Positions 36,449 through 36,501 of a stretch of DNA of 36,501 bases are shown here, piece by piece; position 1 is the first letter of the stretch, and every line of letters starts with the position of its first letter. The translations under genes and the position numbers were made by a program. The notes beneath the pieces were generated by a model, which searched no databases, was not told the DNA's origin, and saw only the letters and a program-made list of their open reading frames with translations. Source of the DNA: Sphaeroforma arctica JP610 (Eukaryota); the NCBI RefSeq assembly GCF_001186125.1, contig NW_014040557.1:3178-39678 (forward strand), read 5' to 3'.

Positions 36449-36501
<53 letters not shown>

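Overview
Eukaryotic, intron-rich genomic scaffold (GT-AG introns, abundant TA/TG microsatellites, three N gaps). I rebuilt the spliced gene models by hand, checking splice sites and reading-frame phase. In order: a DDX31/Dbp7 DEAD-box helicase (+, 6 exons, possibly 5'-partial); an atypical galactokinase-like GHMP kinase (-, 8 exons, 473 aa); a secreted protein with two PLAT-like domains fused to a lysyl oxidase domain that keeps all catalytic motifs (+, 5 exons, 565 aa); DNAJC11 (+, 14 exons, 554 aa); an intronless bacterial-type VOC/glyoxalase gene (-); and the first exon of an unidentified gene at the right edge. The PLAT-LOX architecture and genome style suggest a unicellular holozoan such as an ichthyosporean (inference only). 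Non-coding highlights: a near-perfect 35-bp-stem hairpin, a MITE-like element with self-palindromic inverted ends, four minisatellites (one frame-preserving and Cys-rich, one repeating a splice donor), and strongly ApT-depleted tracts upstream of three genes.
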